Source of the DNA: Octopus sinensis
Lineage: Eukaryota
Reading direction: 5' to 3'
Assembly: GCF_006345805.1 (NCBI RefSeq)
Contig: NC_042998.1
Span: forward strand, 6,820,001 to 6,884,000
Length of the DNA stretch: 64,000 nucleotides
The notes under the pieces: generated by a model
The model's input: the letters and a program-made list of their open reading frames with translations, nothing else
What the model was told of the DNA's origin: nothing
Database searches by the model: none
Shown: positions 1 to 12,527 of the stretch, one piece after another
Layout: each line of letters opens with the position of its first letter
Position numbering within the stretch: position 1 is the stretch's first letter
Position numbers and translations under genes: made by a program

Positions 1-1512
1 CATGCAAGCACGGAAAAGTGGACACTAAATGATGATGAAGATGATGATGATATCAAGAGAGAGAAAGAGACAAGCAGAAAGAGAGAAATAGGTTGATAGT
101 GAAATGAAGAGAAATTTAATATGTAATATGCAAGCTGCTCCTGTTTTCTATCCATATTATGATTCAATCTCCAGATAAACAAAAAATACAAAGAAACCTG
201 ATTTTTATAGACACTAACTCATCTGTAACCAGACGCCCTCCAGTGCATACATGCATTAATACATGAACATACAGACTATCATATTATAATCTTGATCTTA
301 AATTTATTTACTGCAAGATTGAAATTTATTCAACTGTTCTAGATTTCAAAACTCTTCTCTAGATTTTAATTATGTTTTCTCAAGAATGAAATTTTAATCA
401 TGAATTCAACAGAACAAAATTATCTTCTCCATTGATAAATTTCACAGAAATCTACTTTAAGCTTCACACTTCTATGGCTGATTTCACCAAATTAAGTAAA
501 AGAGTACATACACATAATATAGAAGTGTATGTGTGTGTCTGTGTGCACACGTGTGTATGTATGTATATATATGCATATATATATATGCAAACATGTAAAT
601 ATATGTGTATGTGAGTGTCTATAGAGATGCACACATGTATAAATATGTATATATATATGCATGCATCTATGCATATTTGTGATTTGGAGTGTAAGTGAAA
701 GAGTATGAAAGAAGTAGAATATGCAAGAATGAAATTGTGAGAGAAGGAGAGTTATTTTTAATTATTCATTAATAAATATCTGGTTATGGGTCTGGAAATA
801 GTTTAGAAAACTTGTAAATATATTTGAATTTATCTTGAGTTTTATTATTGGAGAATCGAATTTAACTTGAAAGTAAAATCAAATGTTTTAAGGCATGTGG
901 AATGTTATAAACGATTTTGATTGAAAAATACTTAGAGAACTTCTTTAATTTTCAGGAAAGTACACTAAAAGACGTTGGTTCTTTTTTTGTCTACAGGTGA
1001 CATCTACAATCCTAACATCCACATAAAAGGCTTTGAAATATTTGTTACATTAAGTGATCTGTTAATAGTTAATCTTATGATTAGAGAAAACTACTTAATT
1101 GTGTAATGTAGGACTCGATCAACGGAACAAGCCTTTTTTATTTTTGGACTTTGTTATTCCTAACTTTTCATTAATAATTCTTTCTAGGATAGGCACAGGG
1201 CCTGACTTTTTTTCATGTGTATGTGTGTTAGAGGTAGAAGTGCAAGTTAATCACATTAGACCCCCCCCCCCAGTACCCAATTGGTACTCATCTTATCAGA
1301 TTGAGGAGGCCTGTGATCAAGGCTCACCATCTAATCGTCTAGATTATCCAGTGTGTCCTTTCATTTTCAAAGATGCTTAAGTGTGACACAGAGGGAGATC
1401 TGACTACTACTTCTATTAGATTGAACCAGTGCATACAGGCTTTTTTCATTGGTTTGTTAAGACTAGATGTTAACTTCTACACCAGAAAGAGAATCAAGAA
1501 GTACATTTCTGT

Positions 1513-1547
<35 letters not shown>

Positions 1548-2384
1548 TTCAATTACTTGTTACTCAATCATAAAAAAATTCTCAAAGTGGTGTCAAAGAA
1601 GTTATGCACTAAATTCACTTCTTAATGGGGAAAAAAATCACTGTTAAATCTTAAATGAATTTTCTATGGCTCTCTTAATGTTACTGCAATTTCCATGTAG
1701 ACTCTGATATTAAGTAACAATGTATGTACAACAGTTGTGGATAAATTAATAGATGAAAGTGCTATATTTCTATACTTGAATGTTATTTTTTTCAGAAAAT
1801 CTCAGTGTTAGGAATATTCATAGATCATTGCTTATTCTATCATTTCTATTCCTTAAATATTTGAATTCTGGTAAATACAAAACAGACGATGGGATCGTTT
1901 TTGTGTGATCCTATCCACATCTTTTACTTGTCTGATGTTAAAAATCTTTGACTATGAATGTGTATATGGATACACACACACACACGTCCCCATAACTTAG
2001 CAGTTCAGCAAAAGAGACCAATAGATTAATTACAGGCTTAAAATTTAGGAATTGGGGTGAATTCGTTCGAAATTCTTCAAGGCGGTGCTCTAGCATTGCT
2101 ACAGTCTAATGACTGAAACAAATATAGTTGTGTGTGTGTGTATGTGTGTGTGTGTGTGTGTGTGTGGTGTTTATGTTTGCACTGATTTCAAAAACAGTGT
2201 TGCCGTTTATGCTGTGTGCTTTATTCATCAATTTGACTAATGAAGATTAATTAAGATATGTACCAGAATAAAATAAATGCTGGAATTTATCGACTAAAAT
2301 TCTTGAAAGCATTGCCCCAGCATGACCACAGTCCAATGAATGAAACCAGTGAAAGCATACAGGAATATCTAGCTTACAAATCCC

Positions 2385-2520
2385 AGTTTAACTTTCGGAT
2401 ATGGTTCTCAGCGAAGAATAACAACTCTTGATATTCAGAAGATTACAAGGCTTATGTGGAGGAAAGGCCAAGGTAAAAAATTGACCAAGTCTGAGAAATT
2501 GGTTAAAACATAGGAAGGAA
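2385..2520 (-). pseudogene. Possible Penelope-like element remnant (RT to GIY-YIG linker)
   Basis: Minus frame reads NQFLRLGQFFTLAFPPHKPCNLLNIKSCYSSLRTIS, loosely like the Penelope linker FLxLIDKHFPPxHxLHKIFNRNTIKISYS. The match is weak and from memory. Confidence 0.3.
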
Positions 2521-2543
2521 CACTATACAATGACTACATGAAT

Positions 2544-2727
2544 CATCATTATCATCATTGTTTAACATCTGATTTCCATGCTGGCATGAGTGGAACGGTT
2601 TCACAAAAGCTGGCCAGGTAGAAGCTTGCACCAGACTTCTGTGACTATTTCGAAAGGATTTTTACAGCTGGATGTCCTTCCTAACACCAATCACCCAGCA
2701 GAGTGGGCTTTGTGGTTTTTATGTGGC

Positions 2728-2730
<3 letters not shown>
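2544..2730 (-). mobile_element. Short copy of the RTE LINE 3' end
   Basis: catcattgtttaacatctgatttccatgctggcatg...cagctggatgtccttcctaacaccaatcac matches the 3' end of the LINE at 54646-54830. Confidence 0.7.
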
Positions 2731-2771
<41 letters not shown>

Positions 2772-2772
2772 G

Positions 2773-2834
<62 letters not shown>

Positions 2835-3106
2835 ATGTGACATTATTGACCGAGGTTACCATAGTCTTTTCTGTAGGCTTTTCTTTCCACAGATAAACCT
2901 TATCTGTTTCCCCCTTTACACTTTACATCATGACATTTCTGTGATACGCGATCCCTATTGATGGTTTTTTTACGATCCCTTTTGATCAAAAACCTACCCC
3001 TTTCTTTTCTTTTTTTCTCCCCAAAAAGAAAAGCTCTACTTTGTAATTTGTCCCCTCTGTATTCAGCCCTGCGTGGCCAGTAAAGACGCATATCTATATA
3101 TGTATG

Positions 3107-3176
<70 letters not shown>

Positions 3177-3879
3177 CCTGTCTATCATCTATCTATCTAT
3201 CTATGCACTTTAAGACAATACTTTTGTGTCATAGAACCAGCAGTTGTCTCAGGTGAACAGGTATCAAAGTGTTTAAACAAGTCTGGCAAGTTCTACTAAA
3301 TTACGGTGAAACCTGTGCAAGTAAATAATTCCAATGAGTTGGCACTACAAGCAATTCAAGTATGTTGGTATGGATATGTGTAAAGCAAATAGATGGTAGG
3401 ATAAGTGAGAGGTAAGTGCTGTGAGTTGTTAGTAGTAGAAGGTTTTTTTTTGAAAGACTTGAGATGAAATGTTTAGATCAGACTTAAGAATATTTGACTT
3501 AACAGATGAGATGATAGTGGCTGAGAGATCTATGGATAACTTGCTGGGCTACAAACCCATTCATTCAAAGAAAATACGATGATAATCTCTATGGTTGTTG
3601 CTGTTATTATTGCTGTCTATATTTTATTACTTGCTGTTACTGCACTGCTGAGCACAACTCTATAGGTTTGGCTATGTACTATGGTTTACTTTCGCTTTGC
3701 ACATTTTATTTTATCATGTTGCCAATGTGAATAGTGGTGATATTTTAAATATTGTGTACATATTTTAAAGTCCTGGGTGGCAGGGATTTTGCTTATGCTT
3801 TTGACTGCATTTTAATCATTCTCAAGGCACCACACATTAGTTAATTCAGTTTTCAGATCTTATTATTTGGATAATTTAA

Positions 3880-4099
3880 CCCTTTCATTACCCACCCAGC
3901 TGAAACTGGCTCTGGCTCTGAGTACAAAAGTCTTGTTTTCATAAGTTTTGAATTAAAATCTTCCACCAAACCTTAATCACAATTTATGTTCCTAACACTA
4001 GCTTAATGATAACTAAGTTATTTTGCTAAATTCTTATTTATATTTAAAGTAATTGAAAGAAACACAGAGCATCTCAAAATAAATAGAGTATCGAAAGGG
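3880..4099. mobile_element. piggyBac-like MITE, family 1 (220 bp)
   Basis: TTAA (3876-3879) CCCTTTC ... GAAAGGG TTAA (4100-4103). The body recurs at 7474-7693. Confidence 0.85.
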
Positions 4100-4104
4100 T
4101 TAAA

Positions 4105-4245
4105 TCAGTGAGCTGGTAGAATCATTAGCATGCCGGTCAAAATCCTTAGTGGCACTTTGTCCATCTTTACATTCTGAGTTCAAATGCTGCCAAGATTGAC
4201 TTTGCCTTTCATCCTTTTAGGGGGTCAAAATTTAAAACCAATATT
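4105..4245 (+). mobile_element. SINE group C, partial
   Basis: gagctggtagaatcattagc head, B-box-like gagttcaaat, central gactttgcctttcatcctttt. Confidence 0.7.
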
Positions 4246-4517
4246 TGGATAATTTCATTATTTCTTTGAGAGATCTCATCTTTAGTTATTGTACTTCAAC
4301 TAAGAGGTCCCTGATAATTAACCAAGATATTGCTTGTGGAGTGGCATATCCTAAAGCATCATCATGTTGTCTTTGTCTTTTTTGTTTGGTTTATGTTTAC
4401 ACTACTTCTTTTCTGTTGGTATTTCATAATGCTGGTATAACTTCCAATGTATGAAAGACTCAGCTCTACCATATCTGTATCAGGATCAGTTCCTCCTGTG
4501 CTCTTGAGCACATAGGC

Positions 4518-4750
4518 TAGCTGGACGGGACGCCAGTTTATCGCAGTATTACTCAAGAAACAAGAAGAGAGAGTGAGAGAAAGTTGGGGTGAAAGAGTAC
4601 AACAGGGGTCACCACCACCCCCTGCCAGAGCCTCATGGAGCTTTAGGTGTTTTCGCTCAATAAACACACACAACGCTTGGTCTGGGAATTGAAACCGCGA
4701 TCCTCCGACTGCGAGTCCGCTGCCCTAACCACTGGGCCATTTCGCCTCCA
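4518..4750 (-). mobile_element. tRNA-derived SINE group B (tail type ii)
   Basis: Reverse strand has A box TGGCCCAGTGG and B box GGTTTCAATTCC; flanked by the direct repeat cacataggc (4509-4517 and 4749-4757). Confidence 0.85.
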
Positions 4751-4839
4751 CATAGGCAAACACATACATGTGAATAATCATGTGGCTCTTTGACAAGTAC
4801 CAGCTGTTGCCAGTTTCCTTTGTGAGCTACATGGTGACC

Positions 4840-5110
4840 TTAATGGTGTTGGAAACACTAAAAAAGCACCCACTACGTGCTATAAAGGGGTTGACCTTAT
4901 GAAGAGCATCCAGCTGTAGAAGCCATGCCAAAGCAATCACTAGAGCAATGCAGTGAGAATGGTTGAAAATACAGAAAAGAGCATTAACAAACATCACCAC
5001 CCAGGACTTACAAATATGTACACAAGGACCCACTGAATTCTGTCAAACTGTCTGACCCATACCAGCAAGAGGCAGGGACATCAAATGATGCTGATGATGA
5101 TGATGATGAG
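4840..5110 (+). mobile_element. Diverged RTE LINE 3'-end copy
   Basis: aaaaagcacccactac...gagcatccagctgtagaa...ends in a (GAT)n tail. Confidence 0.6.
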
Positions 5111-6146
5111 AGTTTTACTTCTTTATATGTTGTTTTGTCCATCTGTTCAGGGGAACACTTTAGATATTACAGTATCAACACAAAGTGTTATAAATGTCAG
5201 ATACCAGTTTAGAGGAAATTAATTTTTTCCATCCAGCTCTAATACTTTACGTTCATTTTTGCTCTCCCAACACTTCCACTACTATCGCTTAATCTATTGG
5301 CAGCTCACCTTTGCTTACTTATAGGGCATGCAAAATTAATTTGCATCGAATCTATAAGAAATTACAGGCTCCTTGTCCACTAATATGTCCATCTTATATA
5401 TGACATGGTATGGTTAGTATATTGGGAAAAGAATTGAGAACTGACTGGCATTATGCCCACTTTCAAACACACACACACACATACACAGAGACTCACATGC
5501 ACACACACACAGACTCACATGCATGCACACACACTCTTGCTCTTTCTTTCTTTTTGCCTTCCTTGCTCTCCCTGTCACTCTCCCTGTCTCCCCATTTGCC
5601 TTCTTTGCAAGCTTGGATTTAATATGCCAGCTGTATAAAAATAATTGATTGATGTGGCTTCATTGTATATATATTTTTAAGACACACACACATACAAACA
5701 TACATTCATATTGATACGTGTGTGTGTGTGTGTATTTGTGTATGAGTGACAGAGAGAGAGAGGGAGAGAGATTATATTTATAACTATATATATATATTTA
5801 TAACTTCATATATATATATATATATATAAATGCATATATATATATATACATGCATATATCCACATACACACATGGTCATATAAAATGGTGTTCACTTTAT
5901 TTCCTTATATAATACATACAGTTAAAGACACAAACTTCATCACACACAAAAACTATACAAGTTTGATCATATTCCTAAACATTTAATCACAAGTTTACAT
6001 ACATACACACAACTAGATTTTGACAAACATATATGTATGTATAGCTCACAGGGTTTATTATATGAAGGTGTGCAACTAATATATTTCTTCCCTGACTTTT
6101 TCTCTCTCTCTCTCTCTCTTCTCCTCTCCTCTCTCTCTCCATATAT

Positions 6147-6198
<52 letters not shown>

Positions 6199-6492
6199 GT
6201 TTAATATTTTCTGTGCAATCTATAAACAAATTATATAGTTATTGCCAAGAAAATTACTTCTATTCCCACCTCTCTGATCTCCAATAACATTCTTTTATTC
6301 TTTTACTGATTCCAATCATTGGACTGCGGCCATGCTCCAGTCATGCTATGGCACTGCCTTCGAGGGTTTCAGTTGATTGTATTAAACCATAATTCTTTGT
6401 CTGCTACTGCTTTTCTGGAACCTTAAAGAAGCCTGAAAGGTAAATTCAACCTGGTATAAAAGGACATAACTAAGATGATTGAATTTACCATG

Positions 6493-6533
<41 letters not shown>

Positions 6534-6797
6534 CATGGTTTTGCCATTCCATGTTGTTGCTTAATTCATTCTACCAAGCTTTACTCACAAGATTTTGGTC
6601 AACTCAAGGTCTCTGGCAGAAAAGAAGACCCTCTCTTGAGGTGCTGTGTAATGAGATCATAATTGTAAAGTGAATTGCTTAAACAAACCTACTAACAATA
6701 ATATACATACACACATAACATACATACATATATTATATATATATATATATATATATGTACATATATGCACATATATATATGTACATATATAATTATT

Positions 6798-6829
<32 letters not shown>

Positions 6830-6869
6830 TGCATGTATACATACATTGTTGTTAGTAGCGGCTTTATCT

Positions 6870-7130
6870 CACATCCAAGAATTTATTTTCTTCTTAGCTG
6901 AATACCTTCTTTATGGTGATGCCGCTGATGATGTTGTTAACCAATTTTTGCATAAAGAAGTCGATGGCATTGACTGCATGGTAACATTGGTGGAAGATAA
7001 GGTTGATTTTGTCGTCAAGTCTTTTTCTCCTGTTGTTTGATTTCTTACTTTTCTCTTCTGGTGGCTTCGAAGATTTTGGTTCAAAGTTTTTAGTTCCTCA
7101 TCATCTTCTAAAATCCATCTTCTATGCTGA
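6870..7130 (-). pseudogene. Decayed RTE-clade LINE ORF C-terminus
   Basis: A minus frame not shown in the track reads KIFEATRREK*EIKQQEKKT*RQNQPYLPPMLPCSQCHRLLYAKIG*QHHQRHH, resembling the C-terminal CxxC...RIGLxSHxRxH finger of RTE/BovB-type ORFs. Confidence 0.6.
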
Positions 7131-7473
7131 CATGGGTCGGATGGTTTGACAGGATCAGATTGGTCAGAGAACAGCATCATACTTCAATGCCTAGTTTGGT
7201 ATACTTTCTATGCTTGGATATCCTTCCAAATGTAAACCACTTTACAGAGTGTAGTAGGTGCTTTTATTCATTGCACCAGCACTAGTGAGGTTACCATGTA
7301 TAGGAATGTAAGAACTACCAAAACATTAATTTGAAATTTTATGTGCATTTAATAAAAATGTTGCTTCCTTTTTTTTAATGTATAAGCTTGAATACATATA
7401 TCCCCTGTCTACATAACTGAATTGATTGAGAAACAAAAAGAGCCTTGTAGTGTCTAAACCCTTTAGTATTTTA

Positions 7474-7693
7474 CTCTTTCAATACCAACCCGGTTGAGAC
7501 CACCTCTGGCTCAATAGTACAAATGTCTTGTTTTCATAAGTTTTGAATTAAAATCTTCCACCAAACCTTAGTCCCAATTTATGTTCCTAGAACTAGCTTA
7601 ATCATAACTAAGTTATTTTACTAAGTTCTTTGTTATATATATAATTAATCGAATGAAACAGAGCATCTCAACAAAAATACAGAAATGAAAGGG
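7474..7693. mobile_element. piggyBac-like MITE, family 1, second copy
   Basis: High similarity to 3880-4099 (gtcttgttttcataagttttgaattaaaatcttccaccaaacctta...); degenerate TTAA flanks. Confidence 0.8.
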
Positions 7694-7706
7694 TTATACC
7701 AACCAT

Positions 7707-8039
7707 CCTCATCATCGTTTAACGTCTGCTTTCCATGCTAGCATGGGTTGGACGAGTTGACTGAGGTCTAGCAAACCAGATGGCTGCACCAGGCTCCAAT
7801 CTGATCCGGCAGAGTTTCTACAGCTGGATGCCCTTCCTAACGCCAACCACTACCAGAGTGTAGTGGGTGCTTTTACATGCCACCGGCACGAGGGCCAGTC
7901 AGGTTGTACTGGCAACGGCCACGCTCAAATGGTGCTTTTTATGTGCCACCTGCACAGGAGCCAGTCCAGTGGCACTGGTAACAACCTAGCTTGAATGTTT
8001 TTTCACGTGCCACCAGCACAAATGCCAGTTAGGCGACAC
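7707..8039 (-). mobile_element. RTE LINE 3'-end copy with TSD
   Basis: Matches 54650-54960; flanked by aaccat at 7701-7706 and 8040-8045. Confidence 0.85.
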
Positions 8040-8500
8040 AACCATATCTGGCCAAAATATTCTTCCTGTTTTATGTTCAAATTGACCAGATCCAGCCTCT
8101 CACACCTACCCTACAATGTTATTCTAAAAGGTATACAGTCACATAATTGAAATCTCAAGACTACAAGATAATGCAGGATATATTCGAAACAACAAAAATA
8201 AATAATTGTTATACTAGATAGAATAATCTGAATCCTAAAGGGTTAAATACATCCCTTTATACTAATTATCCCTTTGTACTAAGGGTTAAATATATCACTT
8301 TGTACTGAAAAAGTTGTAATTTTGCTGAGATCAATTTTACATTTCATCCCTTTGATTTAATCAATTACTTCATTCCAGCATCACATGTGGTCCACTACAT
8401 CCTCACTGTCTGTCTTCATCTTTGTTATCTTTTAGCATCCATCTTCCATCATAGCATGTGTTGAATGTTTTCACAGGATTCAACAAGCCTCAGGAGTGTA

Positions 8501-9030
8501 TTGTACCCCAATATCTGCTTCGGCACAGTGTCTTCGGCTGGATGTCTTTCCTAACAACAACCACTTTACAGAACATTCTGGATACTGTATTCATGGTACC
8601 AGCACTGATGAGGTCTTCTTTGATCATTTTATTCATAATTGCAAATTTCTTATTTCCCACAAGGGGCTAAACACAGAGGGGACAAACAAGGACAGACATA
8701 GGTATAAAAGCCGATTACATCGACCCCAGTGTGTAACTGGTACTTATTTAATCGACCCCAAAAGGATGAAAGGCAAAGTCGACCTCAGCGGAATTTGAAC
8801 TTAGAACGTAGCGGCAGACGAAATACTGCTAAGCATTTCGCCTGGTGTGCTAACGCTTCTGCTAGCTCGCCGCCTTTGAATTGTACCCCAATATCTGCTT
8901 TGGCACAGTTTCTTCAGCTGGATGTCTTTCCTAACACCAACCACTTTACAGAACATTCTGGATACTGTATTCATAGTACCAGCACTGATGAGGTCTTCTT
9001 TGATCATTTTATTCATAATTGCAAATTTCT
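8501..9030. repeat. 150-bp direct repeats (8501-8650 and 8881-9030) flanking a SINE
   Basis: Both copies run ttgtaccccaatatctgc...cataattgcaaatttct, with about 5 substitutions by eye. Confidence 0.95.
8651..8878 (-). mobile_element. SINE group C, near full length (MetaSINE-like central domain)
   Basis: Reverse strand: ggcggcgagctagcagaagcgttagc head, B box aagttcaaattcc, central gactttgcctttcatccttttggggtcgattaaataagtacc, tail tttagccccttgtgggaaata. Confidence 0.9.
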
Positions 9031-9323
9031 GCAATGCAGATTCAGTGATATATTCTGAACACATTTAAAATTTTTTTCATTTTATTATGGATTAGCAAAT
9101 ATTCTTATTTGCCTTCAGTTACTTTGATCTTCTCATACTCTATTTTCTAAATATTTGTTTTATCTGTTATGGCTCCAAATATTAATGTTTATTAGTTCTT
9201 TCCAAAAGTTACAATGTTCTTTGACTTGACAGAGAAAGTATTTCTTTATCCTTCAACTCCAGACAAAATTTTGTTTCAATACAGCATTTGATGAATGTCT
9301 TAAAAATATTAAAAAAAAATACA

Positions 9324-9790
9324 GGTGCAGGCATTGCTGTGTGGTAAGACGCTTTCTTCCCAACCACATGGTTCCAGGTTCAGTCCCACTGTGTGGCACC
9401 TTGGGCAAGTGTCTTCTACTATAGCCTTGGGCCAACCAAAGCTGTGTGAGTGGACTTGGTAGACAGAACCTGAAAGACCATCATATATATATACACACAT
9501 ATATATGTATGTATCTTTATGTGTGTGTGTGTGTCTTTGTGTTTGTCCCCCCCTCCCATCATCACTTGACAAACGATGTTGGTATGTTTATGTCCCTGTA
9601 ACTTAGCGTTTTGGCAAAAGAACTGATACTATTAGGCTTACAAAGTATAAGCCCTTCGACTTACAAAGTATAAGCCCTTCGACTAGGCTTAGAAAATATA
9701 AGCCCTTTGACTAAAACCCTTTAAGGCAGTGTTCCAACAGGGCTACAGGCAAATGACTGAAACGTGTAAAAGAACAGAAGAATAAAAGAA
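9324..9790 (+). mobile_element. SINE group A, older copy
   Basis: gtgtggtaag...ggttcagtcccac (B-box-like)...ttgggcaagtgtcttc...gactgaaac...aaaagaa; internal (AT/GT)n; ~25-bp triplication at about 9636-9715. Confidence 0.85.
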
Positions 9791-10576
9791 TATTTATGTA
9801 GCAAGGCCTTAAGATGAAGACAGTGATTTAATATAAGTCATATGATTGCAAAGCCTATGATTTTGCAAGTTTAAGAATTCATTATTGTTTCACTTCACAG
9901 ATGTTTCCTCAGCACATTGTTATACTCTTGTGATTCACAGACACATTTATCTCAAACATGACATATTTCTATAACAAAAATTATCTTTCTTCCGAATCAT
10001 TTGTCTACTTTTTCTGTCATTTTTGACTGGAAAAGTTAGCAGTTAGAAAGGGGGGAAAAAAAATATATATATCTAAAGAGTATTGTTGCTTTTTGTTTGT
10101 AAATACTCTGTTCAGTTACAGTTGCACCTGTTATTGCACTTATTAGTGTAAGAGGAAAAATAATATAATGTACTTATATGTGACAATTTGATTTGTATAT
10201 ACTATAATAATCTGTTGTTCTGATAAGGAGGTTTTTATAGAATTAATATAGTTTTGGTTTTATATACTCAAACCCACCAAAAACACTTGCTTAAAGATGA
10301 AGATAAGCAGTTAGCAAATCAATGTGGCCAATCATATTTGTATGGAGATTGGTTGTTAAGGTGGATGGTGGAGCACTTGTGTGCTGATTGTGTGTGTGCC
10401 AGCGTGTGTGTGTGTGTGTGAGTGGGTATGTGAATATATGATTATTGATTAATTTTGAAGTTTTTGATGTATTTATACCAAAGCAGAATGACATCTGTAT
10501 GTATGTATGTATGTGTGTGTATGTGTGTATGTATATGCAAACGTATATATAGGTGTATATATATATATACATACAT

Positions 10577-10853
10577 GTGGAGGCCGCAATGGCCCAGTGG
10601 TAGGATCGAAGTTTCGATTCCCAGACCGGTCGTTGTGAGTGTTTATTGAGCGAAAGCACCTAATGCTCCACGAGGCTCCGGCAGGGGGTGGTGGCGATCC
10701 CTGCTGTACTCTTTCGCACCAACTTTCATTCTTTCTTCTGTTGGCCTGTTTGCTTAGCCAGAGGAGTGGCGTCATTTGAAAGCTAAAACAATGCAAAGCG
10801 CATTGTGACCAATGATGTGTAGCAACATCTGATAGCCTGGTCAGTCACGGTGA
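10577..10853 (+). mobile_element. tRNA-derived SINE group B (tail type i)
   Basis: gtggaggccgcaatggcccagtggtaggatcgaagtttcgattcccagaccgg head with an internal deletion; tail aagcgcattgtgaccaatgatgtgtagcaacatctg. Confidence 0.85.
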
Positions 10854-11724
10854 TATATACACACACACACACACACACCAATATATATATATATATATTA
10901 AAATCAAAAGAATATTAAAAATACTTTCCTTTCATCAATTAAATATACCAAGAGTTGTACATAATTATATATATATATACATACAAACATATGAATACTT
11001 ACATATCTATATATATATATATATATTATGGTTTGCTTAAGCACAGTGGTAATAATAACCAGTTGTTAGAACTCAGTATAGTTATGCTTTTGAGTTATGC
11101 ATCAGGAGAATACAGAGCATAATATCAATTAATGAAAGGCAAAAGAACAGGAGTTACAGAATCACCTTCATTAGCTTATAGTTGTTTCTGCTATAAAAAG
11201 AGCAGTATACTCAGAGCTTAGTGCATGGGCAAATTCCTATAGCTTCCTTAAGCCATTATATAGAACACACACATTAGATAAGCAGCCATTTATCTAACAT
11301 TACATACAGATGAGCTCAGTAATTGGTGTGAAATCATTTAGTAAGGTTAGTATAAACTTGGTTTATACTAAACTGTTCTGCAATTTCTCCTGAACCTTTT
11401 CATTTCCATTTTGAGGTTGATTTAGGATGCCTCTTCCTATTTTTCACTAAATGGGAATACAAATCTTGTTAGGTCTTGGGAGGGTCATTACACCAATAAT
11501 GATAACACACGCACTGGTTCAATATCACTTCTTTATTGTTGGTTAATGAATTAGATTAACTCACCAATTAACTAATTGATTTCTTGTTTAATGTGCTGCT
11601 TAAGCAATCAATTGATTGTTTGTTAGTCAAAATCCTTTTGTTGCTATTTACAGCTGTTTCGGTAACTTACCATCTACCCACAAGGTCTGCTCTGAGTCTG
11701 TACAAGAACTGATCTCATGCCTCT

Positions 11725-11768
<44 letters not shown>

Positions 11769-12219
11769 ATGCTAGTATGTGCATATGTAGATGTGTGTCT
11801 GCTTAGAAAAGGAGATAAGGGTGAGAGTAAAAGACGAGTTTGTGTATTTATTAGTGCCAATGGGGATCCAACCTATACTGCAAATGGTTAAGAATTTGTT
11901 TCAAAACCATGAGGTCCCAGGTTCGATTCTACTGTTGAGCATCTTGGGAATGTGCCATTTCCTGAAACCTGTGGTCAGCCTATAACTTGTGAGTGAAATT
12001 GTTTCGATAGAAATTGCATAGAAGACCATCAGGTGGATTGTACCTGTAATACAATGGTGATGCTTTGTCATACTGTTATCTGATTCTGCCTAAGAATTAC
12101 ATTAAGGGTGCTCATGTCTGTAGAATATTCAGCCACTTCTGTGATAAACTAATGCCTGGTAGTTCAGCTGATTGAATAACTGGTTACTTATGACCAAATA
12201 TTCTGGACAATGATGATCC

Positions 12220-12480
12220 ATTTTTATGGTATACATACGTACATGTACTTACATATCTATCTATCTATCTGTCTGTCTGTCTGTCTGTCTGTCATCTATC
12301 TATTATCTATCTATCACACACACACATGAACATGCACATATATACATATATATCCATACAAACATATTCATGTATACATATATATACACACACACACACA
12401 CACAATAATGATGCTATATATGAATATGTGTGTGTGTGTACAAGTGCCCATGTGTATGTATATGTATGTACATGTGTGTG

Positions 12481-12527
<47 letters not shown>

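Larger units (their letters stand above)
7459..8242. mobile_element. piggyBac-like MITE, family 2, interrupted by two insertions
   Basis: Starts ccctttag at 7459 and ends ctaaaggg TTAA at 8242-8246. 8040-8242 is the reverse complement of the intact copy at 17233-17428. Confidence 0.75.

Noticed and set aside
998-1871. Plus-strand exon candidates after strong acceptors (998 onward, GDIYNPNIHIKGFEIFVTL; 1797-1871, NLSVRNIHRSLLILSFLFLKYLNS)
   Set aside because: Short, with weak donors, no recognisable homology and no continuing exon chain
2387-2472. Apparent plus-strand exon LTFGYGSQRRITTLDIQKITRLMWRKGQ ending AAG|gtaaaa
   Set aside because: Only a vague astacin-like resemblance; the opposite strand is at least as well explained as a Penelope-like remnant
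11140-11400. Penelope-like terminal motifs
   Set aside because: Only short motif resemblances and no coding remnant, so too weak to call
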